Assembly (NCBI GenBank): GCA_018920365.1
Contig: JAHLMM010000001.1
Span: forward strand, 274,165 to 338,164
Length of the DNA stretch: 64,000 bases
Reading direction: 5' to 3'
Origin: Candidatus Aenigmatarchaeota archaeon
GTDB lineage: Archaea; Aenigmatarchaeota; Aenigmatarchaeia; CG10238-14
Each line of letters opens with the position of its first letter. Position 1 is the stretch's first letter. The position numbers and the translations under genes were made by a program. Of the stretch, positions 37,358 to 47,591 are shown one piece after another. The notes beneath the pieces were generated by a model. That model had not been told where the DNA came from. It was given only the letters and a program-made list of their open reading frames with translations, and ran no database searches.

Positions 37358-37384
37358 TTGATATGCTAATAAACAAAAATGAAT

Positions 37385-38326
37385 TTATAATTTAATCTTT
37401 TTCTTTTTAAATTCACTGTGTATTTCCTTTACTAAATCAGATATTATTTCATCTCTTTTTGAAATATCTACGATCCTTATCCACACATCTGCTGTGATTT
37501 TTTCTGATATCATTGATTTGAAGATTACTTTTGGCGTAAATGCATTTATATCAACACCTGAATCAAGAATTTTTGCAAATTTCTCATACAAATAATCTAT
37601 TTTTGGTATTTTCCCTCTTTCAACTATATTCTCTAAAACACTTCTTTTTGATATATTTGGAAGCACAAGTGGGTGTTTTCTGCACACATCAATTATTATT
37701 TTTTCAATTTTTTCAACATCATTTTTTGACGAGAACTCTATTGGGAATGAAACTCTTATAAAACCGCCTTTTGTGTAGTTGAATATATTTCCAGTTATTA
37801 GATTTGCTGTTGGTGCATAGAATATTGATCCATCCATTCTTCTTAAAATTACTCTAAACAATGACATGTCTTTGACTCTTGCTATGCCAGCTTGTGGAAA
37901 GCCAGCGACTTCAACCCAATCACCTATTCTCACAGGCCTTTCTATCATCAAAATTATGCCAGCAATTATATTTTGGAAAGTTTGCTGTGTTGAAAGACCT
38001 ATTATTATTGTTAATATGCCAGCAGCTGTCAAAAGTGATGATAAATTTATTCCAAGAACATTATTGAATATAAAATATATTCCAAAAAAATAGATCATGT
38101 AATTGACAAACCTCGAAGCAACCTTTGACAAATTTCTATTAATTCTATTATCAAGGAATCTCCTCATTAAAAGATAGACGAGATTGCCAAAAAGTATTAT
38201 GATTAGCAAAATGAATATTGATATTATTATGCTTTCTGTAGATATTTTGCCTAGATAGGTTGCTAAATCGCTCATGTAAATAAATTGGTTTTTATTTATT
38301 ATTAAAATTAAATAATTATTATGCAA
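37385..38326 (-). CDS. Mechanosensitive channel, MscS family
   Basis: TM helices followed by 'PVRIGDWVEVAGFPQAGIARVKDMSLFRVILRRMDGSIFYAPTANL'. Confidence 0.7.
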   Translation of the reverse strand: MHNNYLILIINKNQFIYMSDLATYLGKISTESIIISIFILLIIILFGNLVYLLMRRFLDNRINRNLSKVASRFVNYMIYFFGIYFIFNNVLGINLSSLLTAAGILTIIIGLSTQQTFQNIIAGIILMIERPVRIGDWVEVAGFPQAGIARVKDMSLFRVILRRMDGSIFYAPTANLITGNIFNYTKGGFIRVSFPIEFSSKNDVEKIEKIIIDVCRKHPLVLPNISKRSVLENIVERGKIPKIDYLYEKFAKILDSGVDINAFTPKVIFKSMISEKITADVWIRIVDISKRDEIISDLVKEIHSEFKKKKIKL

Positions 38327-38728
38327 TTTGAAATCTTGGCCATAATAAAATTACTGCTTGCCGCATTTCTAGGTGGTATTGTTGGTTTTGAAAGAGAAAA
38401 GATACACAGACCAGCCGGGTTTAGAACTCATATGATAGTTTCTTTATCTTCGTGTTTGATCACAATTGTGAGTATGAACGTTGCAAATTCTGATCCTTTG
38501 AGACTTGCTGCAAATATAATTACTGGTATAGGTTTTATAGGTGCTGGTACAATAATAGCAACTTCTGGTAAAATAGTAGGATTGACAACAGCAACAACCA
38601 TTTTTTCTGTTGCTGGCATAGGCATAGCTGTTGGTGCTGGTTTTTATATTGTATCAATATTTGCTACAATTCTTTTGTTCGTTGTTTTGGAATTAAAGAG
38701 ATTTGAAAGGAATATTCAAAGATTTTGA
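38321..38728 (+). CDS. mgtC: MgtC/SapB family membrane protein
   Basis: 'LLAAFLGGIVGFEREKIHRPAGFRTHMIVSLSSCL' is the MgtC signature. Confidence 0.7.
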   Translation: MQFEILAIIKLLLAAFLGGIVGFEREKIHRPAGFRTHMIVSLSSCLITIVSMNVANSDPLRLAANIITGIGFIGAGTIIATSGKIVGLTTATTIFSVAGIGIAVGAGFYIVSIFATILLFVVLELKRFERNIQRF

Positions 38729-38820
38729 GATTTTTATTTTTTAAAAGGTTAAAAAAAGTTTTTATTATCTTTATTTGCTAAAAGAAGCATTTTTATGTTT
38801 GATAAATAATCTATAAATAC

Positions 38821-39435
38821 TTGCAAGAGTCATTAAAAAACAGGGGTTTAGAAAGATGCAAAGCATACCTAAAGGCACAGAAGGTGCTGCTCATGAATCA
38901 GATAAAAACACTTTTGCTAACAGAGTTTTTGATAGCCATAGGACTAGGTATGCTCGGGCCTTTTTATTCTATATTTATTGAAAAATTGACAAATGACAAT
39001 GCATCTATTGGTTATGCGTATGCTGCTTTTTGGCTTACTGTTGGTATTTTCAGTCCATTTTTAGGAAAGCTATCAGATAAAAAAGACAAGAAAATATTTT
39101 TGTTGATTGGTGGATTTCTAGCATTTATAGTATCAATTTTTTATGGTATTATAACAAGCATTTATCAACTTATAGCAGTTGAAGTATTGAATGGTATTGC
39201 TACTGCTTGCTTTAATCCTGCATATAGATCTTTGACAGCTGAAATGACGACAAAAAGAAAAAGAGGATTTCAATATGGTTTGCTAGATAGTGTTTCATAC
39301 ATAACTTATGGTGTTGCCGCTTTACTAGCAACTCTTGTTTTCAATATATTTGGTTTTACTGCTTTGTTTATATTTTCTGGCATCTTTCAACTAGCATCAA
39401 GTCTAATCATAAGTAGAAAAATAAAATTAAGATAA
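38821..39435 (+). CDS. MFS-like half-transporter (6 TM), possibly truncated
   Basis: Six TM helices only. The likely start is the internal Met near 38896. Confidence 0.35.
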   Translation: MQESLKNRGLERCKAYLKAQKVLLMNQIKTLLLTEFLIAIGLGMLGPFYSIFIEKLTNDNASIGYAYAAFWLTVGIFSPFLGKLSDKKDKKIFLLIGGFLAFIVSIFYGIITSIYQLIAVEVLNGIATACFNPAYRSLTAEMTTKRKRGFQYGLLDSVSYITYGVAALLATLVFNIFGFTALFIFSGIFQLASSLIISRKIKLR

Positions 39436-39439
39436 AAAA

Positions 39440-39742
39440 TCAACCAAACAAACTTGCCAATCCACTAACTGCTTCCTCTGCGCCTTTAGATTTATCCTCT
39501 TCTGGTGCTTTCTTTGTTTCAGCTGCTGGTGCTGATGTGGTTGCTGGTGCAGCTACTGCGACAGGCATTGCTGCTTGTTTTATAACCTCTTCTATGTTAA
39601 CACCATCTAAAGCTGAGACAAGTGCTTTGATTTTTGCATCGTCTGCTGATATACCTGCGCTTTCTATTACTGCTTTTACATTCTTTTCATTGATTTCTTT
39701 TCCTGCTGAGTGAAGCAGCAAAGCAGTGTATATGTATTCCAT
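39440..39742 (-). CDS. rpl12: Ribosomal stalk protein P1 (aP1/L12e)
   Basis: Ala-rich hinge and the C-terminal '[20 protein letters not shown]'. Confidence 0.85.
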   Translation of the reverse strand: MEYIYTALLLHSAGKEINEKNVKAVIESAGISADDAKIKALVSALDGVNIEEVIKQAAMPVAVAAPATTSAPAAETKKAPEEDKSKGAEEAVSGLASLFG

Positions 39743-39756
39743 TGTTTACACCTCCA

Positions 39757-40593
39757 TTAAACATTAACTTTAGATTTTAATACTTTAGCAGCCCTTTCTC
39801 CTTTTTCAAGGAGATCTTCTATTATGCCGCTGTCTAATATTTCAGCTTCAACACCTAATGATTTTGCATTTATAAATGCTTTTTGTATAAGCAGTTTCAC
39901 AGATTCTTTTGTTGGATATGCTATTCCAACTGCCAGATTCAATGCATTTTGATATGCTTTCTGCAAATTGTTTATGTATTCTTGCTCATTAACAGCAAGT
40001 ACAGAACTGTCAAAAACTATACCACCTTCCCATGCAGCTAAAACATTTGCACCCATTTCCATTGGCTGTATTTCAAGTTTTTTCAGCAATGAAGCTAGTT
40101 CAGCTGTTATAACTGTGCCTTGCTTAGCAACAACAGTATCTTTAGAAACATGTATTTTACCTTCTTTTACCATCGCAGGTATTTTGGCACGTTGCAATTC
40201 ACCTATTGCAGGACCCGCTGGAAGTTTTGTAGGGCCTTCTTTGATAATTATATCATATGGTGCTATATCACCTTCTTTCGCAAAAGTTGGTGTTTTGCTT
40301 TTATCAAATAGTTTGTATAGCTTAAATGGATTAGTGTTAGAAAAGACTAGGGCAGGTTTTTTAGGGTCATAATCATAAAGTTTCATCAAATTTTCTATAT
40401 TCAAATTTTGAAATGCTTTTTGAATTATCTTTTTCTTGTACATTTTTATTATAACTTGATTTCTAAGGTCCTTTCTTATTGATTGAAGTTGCTTTGATGG
40501 TAGCTTAAACATGTCTATTATGCCGATTACAGAATACTTTTTGCAGTTTTCTACAATTTCTTTCATTGCATCTAGTTTTTCTTGCTTAACCAT
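39757..40593 (-). CDS. rplP0: Ribosomal protein uL10 (P0)
   Basis: Position between L1 and P1. The N-terminal uL10 domain. Confidence 0.85.
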   Translation of the reverse strand: MVKQEKLDAMKEIVENCKKYSVIGIIDMFKLPSKQLQSIRKDLRNQVIIKMYKKKIIQKAFQNLNIENLMKLYDYDPKKPALVFSNTNPFKLYKLFDKSKTPTFAKEGDIAPYDIIIKEGPTKLPAGPAIGELQRAKIPAMVKEGKIHVSKDTVVAKQGTVITAELASLLKKLEIQPMEMGANVLAAWEGGIVFDSSVLAVNEQEYINNLQKAYQNALNLAVGIAYPTKESVKLLIQKAFINAKSLGVEAEILDSGIIEDLLEKGERAAKVLKSKVNV

Positions 40594-40595
40594 AA

Positions 40596-41207
40596 CTACA
40601 CCTCAAACTTTACAGGCTTGCTCATTGTAAATTTGATGCATACGTTTTTGATATTGCTTTTACCTCTTGGCAATTTCTGAATTAAATGTGTTATGACAGC
40701 ATTTATATTATCTTCAATATCTTGATCATTCATGTTTTCAACACCAACTATTGTTTGAATGCATGGGGCTTTTTTTATTGATATTCTTACACCGCCTTCA
40801 AGAGATTTTAAGAAATTGTTAATGTCGCCTATTATTGGTTTTGGCATCAACCCTCTTGGAGCAAGGTATTTACCTAGATATTTACCTACAATAGGCATTA
40901 ACTTTGGTTCTGAAACAAAAATATCAGTTTCTTTTATCAGTTTCTTTAGTTCTTTCTTGTTTTTTTCAAGATTTTCAATATCAGCTTGTTTTAAAACACG
41001 ATAATTAGTTTTAACATTCTCAGAATGAAATATTGTTATTCTTGTCGGTTTTCCCAATCCTTTGGGAAGTTGAAATATTTCATCAATTTTGCTTTCTGCC
41101 TTGTTTATGTCAATTTCTTTTAAATTAACAACTAGATCAATAGTTTGATTAAACTTTCTTTTTTTAGAATTATTTCTTAATTGCTTTATAGCTTCTTTTA
41201 TATTCAT
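40596..41207 (-). CDS. rpl1: Ribosomal protein uL1
   Basis: L1 fold motifs ('TRITIFHSENVK', 'KLMPIVGKYLGKYLAPRGLMP'). Confidence 0.9.
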   Translation of the reverse strand: MNIKEAIKQLRNNSKKRKFNQTIDLVVNLKEIDINKAESKIDEIFQLPKGLGKPTRITIFHSENVKTNYRVLKQADIENLEKNKKELKKLIKETDIFVSEPKLMPIVGKYLGKYLAPRGLMPKPIIGDINNFLKSLEGGVRISIKKAPCIQTIVGVENMNDQDIEDNINAVITHLIQKLPRGKSNIKNVCIKFTMSKPVKFEV

Positions 41208-41329
41208 TCAAATCCCTCCTGCTCTAGGCAGTGCCAACGGGCTTTTAACAAATTGTAATTTAATGTTTAAAAATCTATTGGTTTATGAAATAGCATTGAT
41301 TTAAAATCTTAAATTTTTTGCTTTGATAT

Positions 41330-42043
41330 ATGGATAGTATTGGCATATTATATAGTTTGTTAGATGGTAAAATTACAGTTAATAAGTATTTTGAAAAATG
41401 GAGTCCACATATTATAGAAAATGTGCGTCATCGCAACCCAAAATGCGGATTTGCATATGATAACCCACCAGATAACATTTTATTAGGGTTATGCGAGATG
41501 CATGCCAATGTATTTTCGAGATATAGGTATTGGGTTAATGATAATATAATTCTCGTTCATCCATTTTATGTATTTTTGACACATTATCATCTTCTCGAAG
41601 ATAAAACTAAAGAAGAGGCAAAAGAATATCTTGAGACAATGTTGGAATTTTTGCAAGAGGCAAACGCATTAGCTAATGTTATATTGCTTGATACAATACA
41701 TCATTATGCAGCTGTTAGCAGTCATTTATTAGAATTAGGGCTTGCTAATTATGTGATTTTTACATTATATGACGATGGTCGTTCATTATATCCTAATTCT
41801 ATAAACATATTAAGCGGCACTCGAGTTTTTTTGGCAGGTGGTTATAACAACAGATGTCTTTTTTCATCCATACGTGATATTTCAGAAGTGCAGTGTGATA
41901 TGTTTGCAATAAAAGGATTGGTTTTGAACTCTCCAAGAGATAATTTAAATACAATTATAGCATCTAGTGTAGTTGGTATAGATCAATCAAGATTAATCAC
42001 TATTGAAGATGTTAAAAAACAAATTCAAGCAAAAGTTTTATAA
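41330..42043 (+). CDS. Hypothetical protein (237 aa)
   Basis: A long ORF with no recognisable motif, embedded between r-protein operons. Confidence 0.45.
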   Translation: MDSIGILYSLLDGKITVNKYFEKWSPHIIENVRHRNPKCGFAYDNPPDNILLGLCEMHANVFSRYRYWVNDNIILVHPFYVFLTHYHLLEDKTKEEAKEYLETMLEFLQEANALANVILLDTIHHYAAVSSHLLELGLANYVIFTLYDDGRSLYPNSINILSGTRVFLAGGYNNRCLFSSIRDISEVQCDMFAIKGLVLNSPRDNLNTIIASSVVGIDQSRLITIEDVKKQIQAKVL

Positions 42044-42101
42044 ATATAAAACATCCTACATCATAAGTAAGATGATTTGATCCGTTTGGAGGTGAAATGA
42101 A

Positions 42102-42443
42102 TTGGCTACAAAAGATTTGGAAAGCAAGGTTTTTCAGGCTTTAGAGCTGGCTAGAAATACTGGTAAGATTAAAAAAGGTACAAATGAGGTTACAAAAGCG
42201 ATTGAAAAATCTCAAGCAAAACTTGTTATAATAGCAGAGGATGTTAATCCAAAAGAGATTACAATGCATTTGCCTATAATATGCAATGAAAAAAAGTGTC
42301 CATATGTTAATGTTTCATCTAAGGAAGAGTTGGGAAGAGCTGTTGGTATAAATGTTCCTACAGCAGCAGCATGTATTGTAGAGCCTGGAGAAGCAAGAGA
42401 AGTTTTAAATGAAGTTTTACAACAATTAAAGAGTGGTGGATAA
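42102..42443 (+). CDS. rpl7ae: Ribosomal protein L7Ae (K-turn binding)
   Basis: '[25 protein letters not shown]...[17 protein letters not shown]'. Confidence 0.85.
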   Translation: MATKDLESKVFQALELARNTGKIKKGTNEVTKAIEKSQAKLVIIAEDVNPKEITMHLPIICNEKKCPYVNVSSKEELGRAVGINVPTAAACIVEPGEAREVLNEVLQQLKSGG

Positions 42444-42654
42444 ATTGGCTGAAGAAGCTGTGCCTGCAGAAGTTTTAGAATTGATTGGAAGAACAGGTGT
42501 AAGAGGAGTGATGACAGTTAGATGCAGAGTTCTTGAAGGAAAAGACAAAGGAAAGATTTTGACGAGAAATGTCTTTGGTCCAGTAAAGGTAAAAGATATA
42601 TTGATGTTGAGAGAAACTGAAATGGAAGCAGCAGGAAGAATGGAAGGTAGATAA
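42433..42654 (+). CDS. rps28e: Ribosomal protein S28e
   Basis: '[42 protein letters not shown]'. Confidence 0.85.
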   Translation: MVDKLAEEAVPAEVLELIGRTGVRGVMTVRCRVLEGKDKGKILTRNVFGPVKVKDILMLRETEMEAAGRMEGR

Positions 42655-42656
42655 AA

Positions 42657-42818
42657 GTGAAATGCTCTTTTTGTGGTGAAAAATTAAAACCAGGCACAGG
42701 AAAAATGTATGTGCTCAAGTCAAATGTAGTCAAATATTTCTGCAGCAAGAAATGTGAAAAAAATTGGCACATGGGCAGAGATCCTAAGAAATTGAAATGG
42801 GCAAGACAAAAGGATTAG
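42657..42818 (+). CDS. rpl24e: Ribosomal protein L24e (53 aa, GTG start)
   Basis: '[49 protein letters not shown]' is the TRASH-type zinc ribbon typical of L24e. Under 60 aa, so absent from the ORF track. Confidence 0.75.
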   Translation: [53 protein letters not shown]

Positions 42819-42844
42819 TTTTCAAATTATATTATTTTCTTAAA

Positions 42845-42917
42845 GGGCCGGTAGATCAATGGCTAGATCGCTGTCTCGGCATGGCAGAGGCTCTGGGTTC
42901 AAGTCCCAGCCGGTCCA
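42845..42917 (+). tRNA. tRNA-Ala (anticodon GGC)
   Basis: 73 nt. The G3-U70 Ala identity pair, D-stem GATC/GATC, anticodon stem CTGTC/GGCAG with loop TCGGCAT, and T-arm CTGGG-TTCAAGT-CCCAG. Confidence 0.75.
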
Positions 42918-43005
42918 TGAATTAATTTATTCAAGAAAAAGAACATTATTTAAGGTCAAACAAATAAAAGATTTAAATATTCATTCGTAATTTATGTGAG
43001 TTATT

Positions 43006-43485
43006 ATGAATCCAAAACAAAACGAGCAAATGAGGGGTATAGTAAGAATAGCTGGAGTAGACATGAAAGGAGACAAGAAGATTTATGTTTCTTTGCAAAG
43101 GATTAAAGGTGTTGGCCCTTCTATTGCAAATTCTGTTTGCAAAATAGCAAAGTTGGATAGAAACAAAAAAGTCGGTAGTTTGACTGATGAAGATGTTAAA
43201 AACATAGAAAAGATAATAGCTAGCATAAGCAGCCATGTTCCTGTTTGGATGTTGAATAGAAGAAGTGATCCTGAGACTGGAGAGAATTATCATCTTGTTA
43301 CATCAAATCTCAAGTTTACACATGAAAATGACATAAAGAAAATGATTGAAAGGAGATCATACAAAGGTGTGAGACATGCATTAGGCCTTCCTGTAAGAGG
43401 GCAAAGGACAAGAAGTTCTTTCAGAAAAGGCAAAAGCGTTGGTGTTGTCAGAAAGAAGCAACAACCAGCCAAAAAGAAGGGATAA
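43006..43485 (+). CDS. rps13: Ribosomal protein uS13
   Basis: 'IKGVGPSIANSVC' and a C-terminal basic tail. Confidence 0.9.
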   Translation: MNPKQNEQMRGIVRIAGVDMKGDKKIYVSLQRIKGVGPSIANSVCKIAKLDRNKKVGSLTDEDVKNIEKIIASISSHVPVWMLNRRSDPETGENYHLVTSNLKFTHENDIKKMIERRSYKGVRHALGLPVRGQRTRSSFRKGKSVGVVRKKQQPAKKKG

Positions 43486-43488
43486 GGT

Positions 43489-43983
43489 ATGAGAAAGATA
43501 AAAAAGACATACAGCAAGCCAAGAAAACCATGGGACAGAGCTAGAATAGAGGAAGAAAGGAAGTTAATGAAAAATTATGGGTTGAGAAGAAAGAGAGAGA
43601 TATGGAAGGCGGCTTCATATCTTAGAAATTTCAGACAAAGAGCAAGAGATCTTGCTGCAAGAAAAAATGAGGAAGAGCAGAAAAAACTTTTGGAAAGGTT
43701 GTATAGAATCGGCGTTCTTGAAAAAGGTGCTAGCTTGAATGATGTTTTGGGTTTGACTGTTGAAAATATACTTGAAAGGAGATTGCAAACAATAGTTTAC
43801 AAGAAAGGATTGGCAAACACTTTAAAGCAAGCAAGACAATTGATTGTTCATGGACATATACAAGTTGATGGAAAGAGCACAAGATTTCCTAGTTTTCTAG
43901 TCACAAGAGATGTAGAAGATAAGATCGGCTATTATAAATTTGAGCCAAAAATGAAAATAGGTGGACAAGATGAAGACAGCTAG
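43489..43983 (+). CDS. rps4: Ribosomal protein uS4
   Basis: An S4 domain ('[38 protein letters not shown]'). Confidence 0.9.
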   Translation: MRKIKKTYSKPRKPWDRARIEEERKLMKNYGLRRKREIWKAASYLRNFRQRARDLAARKNEEEQKKLLERLYRIGVLEKGASLNDVLGLTVENILERRLQTIVYKKGLANTLKQARQLIVHGHIQVDGKSTRFPSFLVTRDVEDKIGYYKFEPKMKIGGQDEDS

Positions 43984-44407
43984 AAGGGAAATACAAAAGA
44001 AGACTGAGATTAAAGCAAGCAAAGAAGGAGTTTGGGGTATTGCTTACATTTTTTCTACTGTCAACAGCATCATAGTTCATATAACTGACATAACAGGATC
44101 AGAAACAATTTCAAGATGGAGTGGAGGGATGATAACAAACAAGGATAGAGATCAGGGCAGTCCGTTCTCAGCAATGCAGGCAGCAAGCAAAGCTGCTCAG
44201 GAAGCAATTGAAAAAGGCGTCATAGGTGTTCACGTTAAAGTAAGAGGAAAAGGTGGTCATCACAAAAAAGCTCCAGGTGTTGGCGCACAACCAGCAATTA
44301 GGGCTTTGGTTAGAGCTGGATTAAAAATAGGTTTGATTGAGGATACTACTCCTATACCAACTGATACTACAAAGAGAAAAGGCGGCAGAAGAGGAAGAAG
44401 AGTTTAG
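43961..44407 (+). CDS. rps11: Ribosomal protein uS11
   Basis: '[23 protein letters not shown]' and 'KKAPGVGAQ...'. Confidence 0.9.
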   Translation: MDKMKTARREIQKKTEIKASKEGVWGIAYIFSTVNSIIVHITDITGSETISRWSGGMITNKDRDQGSPFSAMQAASKAAQEAIEKGVIGVHVKVRGKGGHHKKAPGVGAQPAIRALVRAGLKIGLIEDTTPIPTDTTKRKGGRRGRRV

Positions 44408-44709
44408 TTGAACTTGTAAAGATATTTTTTTATGTCAACTCTTCCATTAATGATTTTTATGCCTTCTTTTTCAAGTAGTTTTATCTTTTCATTTTTTCCT
44501 CTGGCAAAACCACCTATGTTACCATTGCTGTTAACAACTCTATGACAAGGCACATCTTTGTATGGGTTTTTATTGCAAGCAGTTCCAACAGCTCTATAGG
44601 CTTTTGTGTTTAATGCAGAAGCAATTTGTTTGTAAGTCGTTACCTTGCCTTTTGGCACTTTTTTAATCAATAGCCATACCTTTTCTTGAAATCTCATGCA
44701 ACCAACCAA
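44404..44709 (-). CDS. ogt: Methylated-DNA-protein-cysteine methyltransferase (Ogt/MGMT)
   Basis: The active-site 'VPCHRVV' PCHR motif and a helix-turn-wing '[12 protein letters not shown]'. Confidence 0.75.
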   Translation of the reverse strand: MVGCMRFQEKVWLLIKKVPKGKVTTYKQIASALNTKAYRAVGTACNKNPYKDVPCHRVVNSNGNIGGFARGKNEKIKLLEKEGIKIINGRVDIKKYLYKFN

Positions 44710-44756
44710 AATATTTAAATCTTCCTTTCAATTAAAGTTAATAGTTTTGTTGGTGT

Positions 44757-45272
44757 TTGATTATGAAAAATTTGTACAAATCCATGAAACAGACAAGAAA
44801 GAGCAAAGCATACAAGGAAATGCTAAAGCAGAGATTGATTGAATGGAGAAAGCAAGAGAGGTTTGTTAGAGTTGAAAAACCTTCCAAGCCTGATAGGGCA
44901 AGATCGCTTGGTTACAAAGCGAAACAAGGCTTTGTCATTGTAAGGGCAAGGTTGCAAAGAGGTGGCAGAGACAGGCCGCATTATCTGAGGAAAGGAAGAA
45001 AGCCGTCAAAAACAGGTGTGACAAGATATACAAGCAAGCAGTCTTTGCAAGCAATAGTTGAGCAGAGAGTTGCAAGAAAATATCCAAACCTTGAAGTGCT
45101 GAATTCTTATTGGGTTGGACAAGACGGAAGATATGTTTGGTATGAGGTTATAATGGTTGACAAAAATCATCCTGTTGTGAAGAGTGACAAAAACATTAAA
45201 TGGATAGCAGAAAAGCAGCATACCAGAAGGGTTTTTAGAGGATTGACATCGGCTGCGAAAAAGTCAAGATAG
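44757..45272 (+). CDS. rpl15e: Ribosomal protein L15e
   Basis: '[41 protein letters not shown]'. Confidence 0.85.
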   Translation: MIMKNLYKSMKQTRKSKAYKEMLKQRLIEWRKQERFVRVEKPSKPDRARSLGYKAKQGFVIVRARLQRGGRDRPHYLRKGRKPSKTGVTRYTSKQSLQAIVEQRVARKYPNLEVLNSYWVGQDGRYVWYEVIMVDKNHPVVKSDKNIKWIAEKQHTRRVFRGLTSAAKKSR

Positions 45273-45356
45273 TTTGATTATGGAATTTTGCTACTATTGC
45301 TATCAGTATATCAGGATATATGTTGTTACTTATATATAGTTAAAAATAGAAATCTT

Positions 45357-45985
45357 TTAATACTCAACCAAGAAATCTTCGGGCTTTAGCCCGTAGATGA
45401 ATTGGTTGCCTTCTTCTATTACGAAATATAAAATAAAAAATAGGAGCAGAGCTCCACTCAATAGGAATATGTCTAGCTTTAGCTATAGAGTTCTGCTTAC
45501 TTAAAGCTTTGCGAGGTGTTGTTATGGATCAATTCAATAGCTTTAGCCATAGCATTGGAAATAATATTCACCATCTAGAATGGTGCACTAAATATAGATA
45601 CAAGATGTTTAGAAAAAAAAGACTGAGAGAATATTGCAAAGATATTTTGTATATGATAGCTAGACGTCATAAAATAGAAATATTGGAATTAGCAGTGATG
45701 GAAGATCATGTGCATATCATAGCTCAATTACCTCCATATATGTCCCAGTCTAAAGCTGTTCAATTGTTAAAAGGTGCATCGTCTTATGAGCTATTTAGGC
45801 TAATACCAAATTATAGATTGAGATATCCTAAAGGAAGTTTTTGGTCTAAAGGAAATTTCAAGGATACTATTGGCAGAGTGACGATAGAAGTTGCAAAGAA
45901 ATATGTTCGTGAACAGCAGATGCAATTAGATCACTTCACGAAATTAATAGGAAACTGCGGACTTTAGTCCGCAGAGGATGTCATT
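45357..45985 (+). mobile_element. IS200/IS605-family insertion sequence, TnpA-only, copy 2
   Basis: A 629-bp near-identical copy of 2030..2658, including both subterminal hairpins. Confidence 0.8.
45509..45967 (+). CDS. tnpA: IS200-type transposase TnpA (HUH/Y1)
   Basis: 150 of 152 aa identical to 2182..2640 (V to I, V to D). Confidence 0.8.
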   Translation: MRGVVMDQFNSFSHSIGNNIHHLEWCTKYRYKMFRKKRLREYCKDILYMIARRHKIEILELAVMEDHVHIIAQLPPYMSQSKAVQLLKGASSYELFRLIPNYRLRYPKGSFWSKGNFKDTIGRVTIEVAKKYVREQQMQLDHFTKLIGNCGL

Positions 45986-46336
45986 AGATTAAAAGGTGAT
46001 ATGAAATGGAATATGAAAAAAAACGTTCAAAAGAAGAATATTTATTACAAGTGCTTGACAATGTTACAAATGAGTTACAATGTAGAGGAATATCAGGAAA
46101 TAAAGGATATTGTTATTTAGCTGGGGCATTAAATACTTATTTTGGTAATAAACCGCCAGTTGATCAAAATGCTGGTTTGAAAAATTGAAGGGAATTTGGC
46201 ATAGTTTAGCAGAATCACCAAAAGAAATATCAAAAAAATTAAGAGCCATGTATCCAAATATTGATGGAATAATTGATTATGAATCTCATGGTGCTTTGTA
46301 GGTTTTTTATTATTTTTTTACCATATTTTTATTGTT

Positions 46337-47047
46337 ATGTACTATGACATGCACGTTCATTCAGCTTTTTCTGAAGGCGAAAGCAGTTTAGAAGAGATAG
46401 CGACTCAAGCAAAGATTCTTGGCTATAGTGGCATATGCTTTGCAGAATATTTCAAAGGCAAGCAAAAGATGCTTGAGCTGAAGGAAGAGATTGCCAAAGT
46501 CAGCGAAAAGGCTAGAATAAAAATATTTTTAGGATTTGAAGCAAGAAACTCAAATGAGCTGAAAAGGCTTGTTGCTTTAAGAAGGGAATATGATGTTCTT
46601 CTTGTAAGAGGTTATGACACAAAGCTGAACAGGCTAGCAGTTGAAACACCTGAAGTTGATATTTTAACGCATCCAGAATATGAAAGAAAGGATTCTGGTT
46701 TGAATCACGTCTTGGTAAAGGAAGCTGCTAAAAATAATGTTGCAATAGAGATCAATTTCAGAAACATCTTGATCAACAACAAACATTCAAGATCAGCTGC
46801 TCTGTCTCACATATCACACAATGTGATGCTTTGCAAAAAATTCAAAGCACCTGTTATAATCTGCTCTGGTGCAATATCTCACTGGCAATTGAGAGATCCA
46901 AAGATAATGATATCATTTGCAAAGCTTGTTGGTTTGGATTTGCATGAAGCAAAGCTATCATTGAGTGAAGTGCCAAAAAGAATAATAAATCAAATATATG
47001 AAAGGAAAAGCAAAAAATGGATAATGCCTGGAGTGAAGGAATTATGA
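46337..47047 (+). CDS. rnp3: RNase P protein subunit Rpp30/Rnp3 (PHP/TIM-barrel)
   Basis: 'YDMHVHS' PHP-like start. Position immediately upstream of Pop5. Confidence 0.7.
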   Translation: MYYDMHVHSAFSEGESSLEEIATQAKILGYSGICFAEYFKGKQKMLELKEEIAKVSEKARIKIFLGFEARNSNELKRLVALRREYDVLLVRGYDTKLNRLAVETPEVDILTHPEYERKDSGLNHVLVKEAAKNNVAIEINFRNILINNKHSRSAALSHISHNVMLCKKFKAPVIICSGAISHWQLRDPKIMISFAKLVGLDLHEAKLSLSEVPKRIINQIYERKSKKWIMPGVKEL

Positions 47048-47382
47048 AGCTAAAGACATTGCCGCCTAGCTTGAGAGAGAAGCATAGATATATAGCAATA
47101 AAAATAATATCAGAATCGCCTGTTGAATATTCTGATTTGGAAAGCGCAATATGGAATACAATGCTTGATTTTCTAGGCGAATATGGGGTTGCAAAGACTG
47201 ATTTTTGGATAATAAAAGAAAGATGGGTTAAAAACGATCAAACTTGTGTCATCAGATGCAATCATTTGTCTGTTCAAGATATTTTAGCCAGCTTAGGTCT
47301 TGTAACTAGGCTAGGTGATATCAGGATTGCTGTGAAGGTGTTGAAAATATCTGGAACATTAAAGGGTTTAAACAAAACGTGA
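47017..47382 (+). CDS. rnp2: RNase P protein subunit Pop5/Rnp2
   Basis: 'LPPSLREKHRYIAIKI' is the Pop5 hallmark. Confidence 0.7.
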   Translation: MDNAWSEGIMKLKTLPPSLREKHRYIAIKIISESPVEYSDLESAIWNTMLDFLGEYGVAKTDFWIIKERWVKNDQTCVIRCNHLSVQDILASLGLVTRLGDIRIAVKVLKISGTLKGLNKT

Positions 47383-47591
47383 AATTATTTATAAATCAGC
47401 TATAGATAAAATTTCTTATATATATTGAATGTATTTGTAAAATTATCAAATAATCATTCAAAATTTTGCAATTTTTTATAAATAGAACGAATATGATTAA
47501 AAATTGAGAACTAAAGCAAAAGCTTAAAAATTCTAAATAATTTAAAAATGAAATACAAATATTATTTTGTTATATTCATGAGGTGATTTGA

